A stretch of DNA of 64,000 nucleotides from a virus: IMG/VR virus record IMGVR_UViG_3300033144_005375, positions 18,296-82,295 of that record, one strand, 5' to 3'. Below, one piece after another: positions 47,504 to 55,862 of the stretch. The notes under the pieces are model-generated. The model was not told the DNA's origin. It saw only the letters and a list, made by a program, of their open reading frames with translations, and made no database searches. Every line of letters starts with the position of its first letter. The first letter of the stretch is position 1. The translations under genes and the position numbers were made by a program.

Positions 47504-48846
47504 GCATCCTCCCTGAGCCGCATCGAAAGCAGGTCCCGCGATGCGAGGAGCCCCTCGTCCACGAGGTCACGAACGAACTGCGGATACCATTCGGGGTGGT
47601 GGATCTTGATGGAGACGCGAAGCACCTTGTTCTCGGCGTCCTTCTCGGTGGGTTCAGGGAACTCCACCTCCATGCCGTTTTCCGGAGGCACTTTGACCCC
47701 AGCTTTTTTGGCCTTGACCCGAACCGCTGCGAGCAACTCTGAAATCCTCTCCAACATGGCGTCACGGATATCCCCGTTGTTCTCTTTGCCCTCGAACGCC
47801 GACAGCGTCTTGCGCATCTGAGTCTGGAGGTGCTCGGCCATGTACTGCTGCATCACCGTCGCGTTGTCCTTCTGCTCCCAGAACGTGACACCCGAGACCT
47901 CCAGCTTCTCGAAGGCTTCCTCGACGGTGATCTTCTCGTGCAGCCACTCCTGGAACACCTCGTCGAAATTGTCGTGCCCATCGTTCCCCGACTGGAGCGC
48001 CGCGTGCTGGGCATCGTGACGCGTCTTGTACGGGCCCTCGGACCCTTCGTCGGGGTATTCGGCATCGTGGAAGTACCAGCCAGCCGGGAACGGGCTCTCG
48101 ATCTGGATCACGTTCGGGCCGTCAAGAACCGTCGGCTGCCACATGTCGGGGCGAAGGCTCGTCGTCTTCAACCACCAATTGTCGTCCCTGTCGTAGAACG
48201 TCGGTGCGCGTCGGTCTGTAAACCCCGCATCGTCATCAAGCATCGTCACGACGTGGTGTTGTCCCCGAAGCTCAATGCTCTTGAGGACGTGGTCCACGAA
48301 CTCCTGGGGGAGACGCACGTTGTGCTTCTCGAGATAGTGAGCGAGACCTTCGGGCCACACGTACACGCCGTCCGTGAGCTCGCCACGCCCCATGTCCAGC
48401 GTTTCCTGGCGGCTCGAAAGGTTGGCGTCGGTGCTGTTCTTGGAAGCCGTTCGCCGAGCTGCCCGACGCTGCTCCCAGGTCAGAGACTCATCGGCCGTCC
48501 CGGCCCCGGCAAAGAAGTTCTTCCGGACCCCGAGAACGGTTGGGTCCGGGTCACAACCGAGACGGCACCAGCCGTACAGACCGTTGCCCTCAGCGATGCG
48601 CACGAGGGCACCGCCCCGGAGATAGCTGATCACCCTGCGACGCTCCTCGGGGTCCCAGGAGGCGTCCACGAGGTCCATGGGGTCAGGCCACTTCTGCTCC
48701 CAGTAGTGTTTCCAGAAACCGATCATGCGCAGCTTGACGGGCTTGTCGCGGCCGTCGTCCAGGACGCGACGGGCTTGCATGTAGGTCTCGCCCGTCTCAG
48801 CCATGCGGGCACGGACGCGCTTCTTGAATTGCTTGTTTTGGGTCAT
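47500..48846 (-). CDS. Multidomain protein with an N-terminal basic helical tag
   Basis: Starts MTQNKQFKKRVRARMAETGETYMQARR; internal TDGVYVWPEGLAHYLEKH. Confidence 0.75.
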   Translation of the reverse strand: MTQNKQFKKRVRARMAETGETYMQARRVLDDGRDKPVKLRMIGFWKHYWEQKWPDPMDLVDASWDPEERRRVISYLRGGALVRIAEGNGLYGWCRLGCDPDPTVLGVRKNFFAGAGTADESLTWEQRRAARRTASKNSTDANLSSRQETLDMGRGELTDGVYVWPEGLAHYLEKHNVRLPQEFVDHVLKSIELRGQHHVVTMLDDDAGFTDRRAPTFYDRDDNWWLKTTSLRPDMWQPTVLDGPNVIQIESPFPAGWYFHDAEYPDEGSEGPYKTRHDAQHAALQSGNDGHDNFDEVFQEWLHEKITVEEAFEKLEVSGVTFWEQKDNATVMQQYMAEHLQTQMRKTLSAFEGKENNGDIRDAMLERISELLAAVRVKAKKAGVKVPPENGMEVEFPEPTEKDAENKVLRVSIKIHHPEWYPQFVRDLVDEGLLASRDLLSMRLREDA

Positions 48847-49006
48847 CTTCGATCTTTCGTCTCCGATGAAAGGTGTCGATCCCGCGCTCGACCCCATCAT
48901 CTGACGAGGTTCGAAGATCCCTGCTCGAGGTTTGGTGGCCCCTCTGTCTCCGTTGCATCCTGTCCGCGGGGACAGGCTATGGAGATCAGGCGTGAACGGA
49001 TCGCCC
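48847..49006 (-). ncRNA. Candidate structured leader RNA 1
   Basis: Begins about 6 nt after GGGTAAGGT; at least six hand-identified stems, including one pairing with the start-codon region. Confidence 0.5.
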
Positions 49007-49038
49007 ACACCCACCTTACCCAGCTTTTTGGTTGGCGT

Positions 49039-49575
49039 CTACTCCATCCGCGAGATGAACCAAGCATCCGTGGTGGGGGACACGCGCCACAAGCCCCAGT
49101 GGCTCTTACCGTCCTCATCAGGGCGCCAGGCGACAACGTAGTCGTCACCCTCTCGCCGTACGACATGCCACTGGTGCTTGCAGATCGACACGGTGTCGGA
49201 CTCGACACCATCTTGCACGAACTCCTTCTCGACGACGGTGTCCCCCTTCTCGATGAGGGAGTACCAAGGACGCGAGAACGCCAACGGTGGCGTGTGCTCG
49301 AGCGGCTCTTTCCCATCGATCAGGAGACGAGCAAGAAGGCCGTCTCGTAGTGAGTGCCCAGCTTCAACCTGGAAATCACGACCGTCCTTGAGGGGAGCGT
49401 AACCACCTTGAACACGCAGCTCCATCCAGCGGCCGATGATCTCAACGGTCTTCCGTGCTTCCTCGAGGTCCATGTGGGGGTTCCTAGTTAGGGAGGACAT
49501 TAGGCGGAGTATTGAGTTCTCAGTTGCGTCCCTTGGAGACTTTCTTATGAGGTCCTCGGGGACTGTGTTCGCCAC
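49039..49575 (-). CDS. Hypothetical protein
   Basis: 178-aa ORF with an AGAG/GCAAG upstream region; continues the operon. Confidence 0.6.
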   Translation of the reverse strand: MANTVPEDLIRKSPRDATENSILRLMSSLTRNPHMDLEEARKTVEIIGRWMELRVQGGYAPLKDGRDFQVEAGHSLRDGLLARLLIDGKEPLEHTPPLAFSRPWYSLIEKGDTVVEKEFVQDGVESDTVSICKHQWHVVRREGDDYVVAWRPDEDGKSHWGLWRVSPTTDAWFISRME

Positions 49576-50630
49576 TCTTGCAGCGTCAGAGCGAACCCGG
49601 TGTCTTCGAGCAACCGGCGCAACGCAACCGTGACGTGGTCGCGCACTAGACCACGGATCTCGGGGTTCGCAAGGTGGCTCTTGGTCGGCTGTGTGTACCG
49701 GGGCTCTGGCACGAACACCGACAACGCGATTTTATGCCCCACGTCGTCGAGCCCAACCTCCCGCAGGGCTTCTTCGACTCCCAGGATGTGGGTGCCGCTG
49801 CTCGTACGGATGCTGTTGGCCCAGGACATGAACTTGGACTTGTCGTCTGGATTGTGCGTCCACTGGATCGCCAGATCGAACTCCAAACCCTCACTACGCA
49901 CGACGACCTGGAAAGGCTCAGTCGGGTGGTAGCCGTACTTCGGGAACGACACTTTCAGAAAATCGGACATGCCGCCGGGCATCGAGATGGCACGGATATC
50001 GTCATCAGATCGGATGGTCCCCTGGAGGTTGGTGCAGGTGGCAGCCATCGCTTCCATCCGTCCCTCAATCCCCGCTCGATTGAACGCCACTTCGTCGAAG
50101 ATCTCGGAGTCGGCCTCAAAAGACACAGAGAACGTGAACCCCTCCGGCAACGGGGTCACCTCGAACATCCAGTCATGTTCAGGCTCCCCACGTCGGTAAC
50201 TCCGCGTGTAGTATTTGCCCTCGTAGAGCGCCGTTACCCGGAGAGTCTCCGAAAGGGCTCGGACAATGACGAGCGAGCCACGGACCTGTTGCTCAGAGAT
50301 GAGTCCCCGGTCAAGCCCCCGGTCAAGCTCACCGAGCGCGCGGTCGAGGGCCTGGTGCACACCGCCGTCACCCATCTTGTCGAGAGAGAACGGCGGTTGG
50401 TTGTCGAGGATGGTGACCCGATTACCGTCCAGTTCCACGAGGAAACGATCGCCGCGACCCGCTCGAGCGTTCTCCAAAATGTTGTCGAGCACGGCGTAGA
50501 CGAGATGGTGCTGCATGCCCGCGTGCGTGCCCCCCAGGTACATGCCGGGACGCATGCGGATGTGCTGAGTCGGGCTCGCGATGATCTTGAGGGGGCTGTT
50601 GCCCCATCCCTCTTCTTTTTCGTCCGCCAT
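49545..50630 (-). CDS. Degenerate GyrB/ParE N-terminal (GHKL plus transducer) fragment
   Basis: HIRMRPGMYLG, HHLVY, WANSIRTSSGTH and PEPRYTQPTK are present. ATPase motifs are altered and there is no TOPRIM domain. Confidence 0.8.
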   Translation of the reverse strand: MADEKEEGWGNSPLKIIASPTQHIRMRPGMYLGGTHAGMQHHLVYAVLDNILENARAGRGDRFLVELDGNRVTILDNQPPFSLDKMGDGGVHQALDRALGELDRGLDRGLISEQQVRGSLVIVRALSETLRVTALYEGKYYTRSYRRGEPEHDWMFEVTPLPEGFTFSVSFEADSEIFDEVAFNRAGIEGRMEAMAATCTNLQGTIRSDDDIRAISMPGGMSDFLKVSFPKYGYHPTEPFQVVVRSEGLEFDLAIQWTHNPDDKSKFMSWANSIRTSSGTHILGVEEALREVGLDDVGHKIALSVFVPEPRYTQPTKSHLANPEIRGLVRDHVTVALRRLLEDTGFALTLQEWRTQSPRTS

Positions 50631-51190
50631 CAGGCTTCTTTCCGAAGCCTCTCCCGGGCTTCCATGAGTGCGAATCCCAGGAGATTCTCGCCCTTCCACT
50701 TGTTGGGGTCCTTCGAGTTGGCCTCTTCACGGCGAAGACCGATGCCCCACACCTTGTCATGCGGACTGGCCTCCACGAGCACCATGTCGAGAGTTCCGAG
50801 AAGGAAATCTCGCAGCTCAGGAACCTGACCGAACTTGGCGACGTTGCCGACAACCACGGCCTCGAACTTGTTTCGATCCCACTTGGCCTGGTCCCAGTTG
50901 CTTACCCGGCGACCGAGAAGTTTCGCCTCGTCGGGGCCCGGACTCGCAAGGATGGCTTGAAGAGACATGCCGTCCTCCATGAGACGGGCCTTCTGCGCCA
51001 TCATCCAGTGCTCGGCCGTCGGGTACTTGATGCCGTCGATCTCGAAGTCAGAAAAGTGCCACTGCGAGAAAACGTAAGGGCCGAGTTTGCTCGTGTCGCC
51101 CCCCTTGCGCCCCCAGAATTTGAGGAAGTCGGGACGGGTTCCTTCGTTCCATGCTTTGACGAGTGTGGCTCGATCGCGGAAGTCCATCAC
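50630..51190 (-). CDS. NADAR (YbiA-like) family protein
   Basis: FSQW...TAEHWMMAQKA...AKLLGR...LVEASPHDKVWGIG...WKGENLLGFALMEARE. Confidence 0.93.
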   Translation of the reverse strand: MMDFRDRATLVKAWNEGTRPDFLKFWGRKGGDTSKLGPYVFSQWHFSDFEIDGIKYPTAEHWMMAQKARLMEDGMSLQAILASPGPDEAKLLGRRVSNWDQAKWDRNKFEAVVVGNVAKFGQVPELRDFLLGTLDMVLVEASPHDKVWGIGLRREEANSKDPNKWKGENLLGFALMEARERLRKEA

Positions 51191-51251
51191 TCTTTCTACC
51201 CCTCTGAGACGCCCTCCGAATCCCTTTTCACGAACGGCCTCTGAGAACCAA

Positions 51252-51773
51252 CTACGCTTGTTTGGCCGCCCACGCCTGGATCTTGCGACGATCCTTGCCC
51301 TTGGCCCGGTCGCTCAGAAGAGTGCCCTCCAGGTGGTCGTACTCGTGCTGGAGGGCCACCGAGAGCAGATGGTTGTGGCTCGAATCCATCGTGACCTCTT
51401 TGCCTTCGCGATCGAAGGCTGTGATCTTCACCCACTCGGGACGGCCTACCTCCGCCAGTAATCCAGGAAAACTGAGACAGCCTTCGGGTCGCACCAGACG
51501 GTTGTCGTTCACGGGCTCGATCACCGGGTTGATGAAAACCCAAGGCTCCGTCCGCTTGTTTCCGTTGATGGGCTTCTGATCGAGGATGAAGATGCGAACG
51601 TTCTGCCCCACCTGGGGAGCGGCCAAACCGACTCCTTCGTGGTAGAACATCGTGTAAATCATGTCGTCGATCAGCCCTTGAAACTGATCGAGTTCGTCCA
51701 AATTCACGGGGATGCTCGCAGCCTTCAACGAGGCAACGGGGTACTCGAGGATGCTGAGCAATTTGCCGGACAC
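51252..51773 (-). CDS. def: Peptide deformylase
   Basis: GVGLAAPQVG, EGCLS and QHEYDHLEG motifs; GTG start 6 nt after GGGTACAGT. Confidence 0.95.
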   Translation of the reverse strand: MSGKLLSILEYPVASLKAASIPVNLDELDQFQGLIDDMIYTMFYHEGVGLAAPQVGQNVRIFILDQKPINGNKRTEPWVFINPVIEPVNDNRLVRPEGCLSFPGLLAEVGRPEWVKITAFDREGKEVTMDSSHNHLLSVALQHEYDHLEGTLLSDRAKGKDRRKIQAWAAKQA

Positions 51774-51876
51774 ACCACGACTGTACCCACATGTCCCACA
51801 ACTATGCGAACCCGACCCCACGATCTTCGCAGGGTCGTCTCCATTTTTGAATACCGGTCTTATGGCCGGTTCTTTA

Positions 51877-52653
51877 GTGACTGTGTCTGATGTAGTGCCC
51901 CTACGTGTTCTCCTCGGAGAGAGCAACCCCGGTGATGTTGCGATCCTGGAACACATTCTCACCGAGATGTCGGTCGAGCTTCGTCATTGCAATTCGTTGG
52001 CAGATCTCGAACAACACGGAAAAACCTGGGACCCCGACGTGGTGCTTCTCGACCTGCACCTCGAAAACAGTCAGGATTTCATGGTGACCGCTCGGAGCGT
52101 CGTCGCACTGTTTCCGAACATCCCCATCCTTGCGCTCACCAGTCTCGACAACGAATCCTTTGCCCTACGCGCACTGCAAGCCGGCCTCTCAAGGTACTTG
52201 ATCAAGGGCACGCTTTCAGGCGCGGACTTGATGCGGACCCTCAAAGAAGCACAGGCGAGACAACGAGCCCTGCAACTCTCGCTACCCCCAACGTTCAACC
52301 AAAACGATCTTCGAGAAATGATCCAGGATGCGGTCCGTACCGCGCTCAGCGAACCGGACGACCCCAAAGAAAAATCATCCGTCAGAATCGCAGTCTTGGT
52401 CGTCGTCTCGGTCTTCCTTCTTCTGGGAGGCGCCGTGGGCTGGGGCTACTACCAGATCCAGCAAGCCCACGACGCCAGGAAACCCGCCAAGAAGACTGAG
52501 CAGGACAAAAAGGCGGACCAGTTCCAGGAGTTCCAGAGCCTCCGCAACGCGCACTTCAAAAAGCTAACGCGTTGGGAGAGCAGTGGAAAACTAGGACCGG
52601 CTCCAAAGAAACCACCGCGCCTCGAACAGCTTGAGCAAGAGCTGTCTAAGTGA
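51877..52653 (+). CDS. Response-regulator receiver domain plus TM protein
   Basis: PDVVLLDLHL, PILALTS and YLIKG receiver motifs, then TM IAVLVVVSVFLLLGGAVGWG. Start uncertain. Confidence 0.75.
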   Translation: MTVSDVVPLRVLLGESNPGDVAILEHILTEMSVELRHCNSLADLEQHGKTWDPDVVLLDLHLENSQDFMVTARSVVALFPNIPILALTSLDNESFALRALQAGLSRYLIKGTLSGADLMRTLKEAQARQRALQLSLPPTFNQNDLREMIQDAVRTALSEPDDPKEKSSVRIAVLVVVSVFLLLGGAVGWGYYQIQQAHDARKPAKKTEQDKKADQFQEFQSLRNAHFKKLTRWESSGKLGPAPKKPPRLEQLEQELSK

Positions 52654-52654
52654 C

Positions 52655-53344
52655 CTAGTGAACCGGAGGGGCCCCTCCCGAACCGGAGCCCGAGCTGTCG
52701 TCGGAATCCGGCACGTCGCTCGTGCCGATGTCGAAGTTACCACCACCACGGTAGCTGGACATGACTTCGCTGACCCCGGCGGATGCAGCGCCCACGTCGG
52801 CCTTGTCGTACATGAGGCGCTTACCCTTGGTGCCCGCCATCATGCGAGCGCCGTCGTCGAACCCCTTCTGGTCCGCGGCCAGGAACAGGAACTCCCAGTT
52901 GTACTTGTCCGTCACGCGACCGATGGCTTCCTGCACATCCTGGGCACTGTTCTCGCGCGAAGAGTTCTCCTGACCGTCGGTGATCATGACGACCACGACC
53001 TTGCCAGGACGATCGGTCTTGGCCTCTTTGAGGATGCGGTCCTCGAGCGACGAAAGAGACTTGACGGCGGCATCGTTGAGCGCGGTTCCTCCACGCGGAA
53101 CGAGGCGGCAGTTGTCCTGCTGGATGTCTCCCGAAGGCTTGGCCTCGAAGACGGTCTCCCACTCGTTGTCGAACTGGTAGAGGCTGACACGGCAGCGGCC
53201 GGGCTGGCCGTGCTGCTCGGTGATGAGGGTCCACAGACCACCTTCCATGTCGTCCTTGATGGAGGACATGGAACCGCTGCGGTCGAGAATAATGGCGACC
53301 TCGGTGAGATCGCTGGTGGGGGGTACTCCGGTTACGTCTGTCAT
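52655..53344 (-). CDS. vWA domain protein
   Basis: MIDAS DRSGSM, GGTALNDA and ITDGQENSS. Confidence 0.9.
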   Translation of the reverse strand: MTDVTGVPPTSDLTEVAIILDRSGSMSSIKDDMEGGLWTLITEQHGQPGRCRVSLYQFDNEWETVFEAKPSGDIQQDNCRLVPRGGTALNDAAVKSLSSLEDRILKEAKTDRPGKVVVVMITDGQENSSRENSAQDVQEAIGRVTDKYNWEFLFLAADQKGFDDGARMMAGTKGKRLMYDKADVGAASAGVSEVMSSYRGGGNFDIGTSDVPDSDDSSGSGSGGAPPVH

Positions 53345-53562
53345 GATGTGTTTTCCTTGTTCCTTTGTTTTTGTTGTTGCCGAACCCAGCGAAGGACCAC
53401 GTATTTGGTTGCCCTCCCCGGAGACTCGAAGCCTTCATCGTGGGCCTCTTTGACCAGCTCGGCAAACTGATCATCGGTCAAATACAATGTCACTCGATTA
53501 CGAGCCGGGTTGTCCGAGTAGGGGCGTCCCATCTTTTCACGAACCGTCCTGCTCTCTGACAC
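53341..53562 (-). CDS. Ribbon-helix-helix-like DNA-binding protein
   Basis: MGRPxSDNP..RVTLYLTDDQFAELxxxA pattern. Confidence 0.55.
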   Translation of the reverse strand: MSESRTVREKMGRPYSDNPARNRVTLYLTDDQFAELVKEAHDEGFESPGRATKYVVLRWVRQQQKQRNKENTS

Positions 53563-53662
53563 AAATTTGGAAAGATTCCTCGATTAATCGATCCCACTCG
53601 GGGACCTCGATCTCGATGGAAAGATGCCGCTGCCAGACCAGTTTCCGTGCCATCTACCTGTT

Positions 53663-53980
53663 CTACCCCTCACGAAGCCCCTGGAGCGCCGTGAAGACCT
53701 CCCGGCCGACCCGGGCCGCGTCTGTGGGCTGATCGTCAATGACGACTGTGAGGGTCTCTGGGCCCATCAAGACGTGGATGAAGTCGTGGGGGACCTCCTC
53801 GGGCTCGAGTTCTCGACGAAACGAGTCCTGATCCCGGTAAACGAACATCTCGCCGGGCTCCGTCCGGTGGAGAATGGCGTCGGGCCACCGCTGCCGTACC
53901 TCAGAAATCAGGGTCCACCAATCATCTGCGCTGGTGGACCCTTCCAAAATGAGGTCTATGCCTCCTGGAGTCACGGCCAC
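53663..53980 (-). CDS. Hypothetical protein
   Basis: 105-aa ORF overlapping the end of the upstream gene. Confidence 0.55.
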   Translation of the reverse strand: MAVTPGGIDLILEGSTSADDWWTLISEVRQRWPDAILHRTEPGEMFVYRDQDSFRRELEPEEVPHDFIHVLMGPETLTVVIDDQPTDAARVGREVFTALQGLREG

Positions 53981-54327
53981 ATGCTACCGACGTTCGGGAA
54001 CTCTTTTTTGAGTCGAATCGCAGACTCCGTCGCTCTCATGAGCCCGACACGAGGTTTGACATTCCGATCGGACCACAAACAGTCGAGGATGAGGCTGGAC
54101 ATCCCATCCGCATCCAAGAGCAGGTACTCGTTTCGCAAAAAGTCGCGAAGCTCGGAGCCGTGCCACAAACCCCAGTTGTTCCGCATCCACATTCCGATTC
54201 CAAAATGCGCCAAAGCACCGGCCTTGCGTCGTGGGCGGCCACTCCACCGACGCAGCTCCTCCGGAGACATCATCTCTTGAAGAGCAACGACAGCTTCTTC
54301 CAATGTCGCCGGGGTCGTTTCATCCAC
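53971..54327 (-). CDS. DUF6794-like protein
   Basis: PATLEEAV...HFGIGMWMRNNWGLW...ADGMSSLIL. Confidence 0.65.
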   Translation of the reverse strand: MDETTPATLEEAVVALQEMMSPEELRRWSGRPRRKAGALAHFGIGMWMRNNWGLWHGSELRDFLRNEYLLLDADGMSSLILDCLWSDRNVKPRVGLMRATESAIRLKKEFPNVGSMWP

Positions 54328-54346
54328 ACCCCCATGCTACCGCGCC

Positions 54347-54601
54347 TCACCGACACTCGTCGCACCGGACCTTTTTGGGTGCCGGGACCACATCCTCCAG
54401 GGCTCGAATCGTCGTCCCCTGTTCTCGATCCCCACCCCGGCGCACCCCGGCCTTGTACACGTACGTCACGGGACGGATATCATCGTGACCGCACTCCAGT
54501 ACAAGGCACCACCAACGACCAAGTTTGTCGTCATCCTCGAGGATGGCTTCGGTGACTTGTCGAAACGGGTCTTTCCGATGCCTTCCACCCTTATACCCCA
54601 C
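54347..54601 (-). CDS. Small zinc-binding protein
   Basis: LECGH...PKKVRCDEC; start uncertain. Confidence 0.55.
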   Translation of the reverse strand: MGYKGGRHRKDPFRQVTEAILEDDDKLGRWWCLVLECGHDDIRPVTYVYKAGVRRGGDREQGTTIRALEDVVPAPKKVRCDECR

Positions 54602-54603
54602 AA

Positions 54604-55167
54604 TCAGGCCGGACGGTACTGAGTCTCTGCTTGGTCCACAAAAGCGTCGAAAGCTGCGTCATGCTGCTCTTCCGCCTGCTCCTTGAACCGCTGGAACACG
54701 GGATCCGGATCGCCCGCGACCACCTGCACCCCGTCTCCCTCTCCACGAACCCAGTTGACAGCCAAGGCGAACATGGCGTGGGTCACGGCCATCCACACGA
54801 GGCCGTCTCTCCACAAATCGCGGGCCTCCCCCTGGAGCTCCGTGTAGATCGCATCCCCCACCACTTGCTCGGGGTCCCCAGGAAGGAACCCGTTGATCTC
54901 CTCCCCTTCAAGTCGGGCGTTCATCCAGTCGAGGCTCATCTCGACGTACGCACGCAGCTCTTCTTCGGTGAAAACAGGATCGAACGCAAGAGGGTGGCCC
55001 TTCATGCGATCCTTGATGCCCCACTCCCGGAACTGCGAACGCATCGAGCCATAGAAATCCTCGAGCGGGATGAGGTTGTTCGCCGCCTCCGCAATGTTGG
55101 GCAGCATCGCCGCCGTGGCAGCAACTGGAAGAGCGACGATGGCTTTCAGAAGGGCGCGGCGGTGCAT
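54604..55167 (-). CDS. Tat-signal-bearing paralogue of the 20993-21901 neck-like protein
   Basis: MHRRALLK...AEA signal; the core aligns by eye with the C-terminal half of 20993-21901. Confidence 0.7.
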   Translation of the reverse strand: MHRRALLKAIVALPVAATAAMLPNIAEAANNLIPLEDFYGSMRSQFREWGIKDRMKGHPLAFDPVFTEEELRAYVEMSLDWMNARLEGEEINGFLPGDPEQVVGDAIYTELQGEARDLWRDGLVWMAVTHAMFALAVNWVRGEGDGVQVVAGDPDPVFQRFKEQAEEQHDAAFDAFVDQAETQYRPA

Positions 55168-55214
55168 GGTCAACTATACCCCACTCTCCCCCACGAAATA
55201 TCACCCACGTATTT

Positions 55215-55673
55215 TCACGAAGATGTCTCGTTCTTTTCCGTGTACTCGCGAAAAACAACCCCATCGACCTCGCACTTGCCTTCGCACAGTTTGCAGTTGC
55301 TCCGGTACATGAACAGTACCGTCCACCCCACCCCTTTGCAGGCCGGGCACGGAACGGGATCGTAGAAATCGGACGCAAAATTGGGGGAGTAGACGTTGGC
55401 CTCGGCGTCTTTGGGCTTCTCGTACTCGAGCCCGAGCTGCTCCGCGATCTTCTTGACCAAGTCCTCACCTTTGAGGGTCTCCGAGGCTTTGGAGTAGACC
55501 GACTTCAAAGCCTCCTTGAGTTCGTCGTCGTCCATCTCCTTCTCCAGAGCCTTCACGACATCCAGCTTTTTGAGTTCGAGCAGATCGCAGATCGTCTCGA
55601 AGGGCAGAGATTGCTTCACGTACAACCGGTACATGGCGTCCCAGGTGTCGTTCCGGCTGTTGTCGCAACTCAT
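55215..55673 (-). CDS. HTH-like plus DnaJ-type zinc-finger protein
   Basis: LPFETICDLL helix pattern; CPACKGVG and CKLCEGK. Confidence 0.65.
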   Translation of the reverse strand: MSCDNSRNDTWDAMYRLYVKQSLPFETICDLLELKKLDVVKALEKEMDDDELKEALKSVYSKASETLKGEDLVKKIAEQLGLEYEKPKDAEANVYSPNFASDFYDPVPCPACKGVGWTVLFMYRSNCKLCEGKCEVDGVVFREYTEKNETSS

Positions 55674-55682
55674 GCTGTCACT

Positions 55683-55862
55683 CTACCGCAACCACGCCGA
55701 GCGCCGGTCGGGGTTCGACACTTGGCCCTCCCAGACGTGCTTGCAGTCCTTGCAGATGATCTTGGCCTTCACGTTGAGCGCGTGATTGTTCTGCTCCAGG
55801 CGCTCCGTCTCGACGGAGATGCTGCCGCACTCGGGACACTTGATTTGTCGAACGCTGGTCAT
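55683..55862 (-). CDS. Small zinc-ribbon protein
   Basis: CPECGS...CKDCKHVW; ATGA coupling. Confidence 0.6.
   Translation of the reverse strand: MTSVRQIKCPECGSISVETERLEQNNHALNVKAKIICKDCKHVWEGQVSNPDRRSAWLR

Noticed and set aside
48847-49014. N-terminal extension of the 47500 ORF (and likewise 61518-61709 for the 60654 ORF)
   Set aside because: Not protein-like. Shine-Dalgarno sequences and recognisable domain starts lie at 48846 and 61517.
49545-50630. A functional gyrB gene, suggesting host chromosome
   Set aside because: The gene is truncated with degenerate ATPase motifs and sits among phage-type genes, so no gene symbol was assigned.
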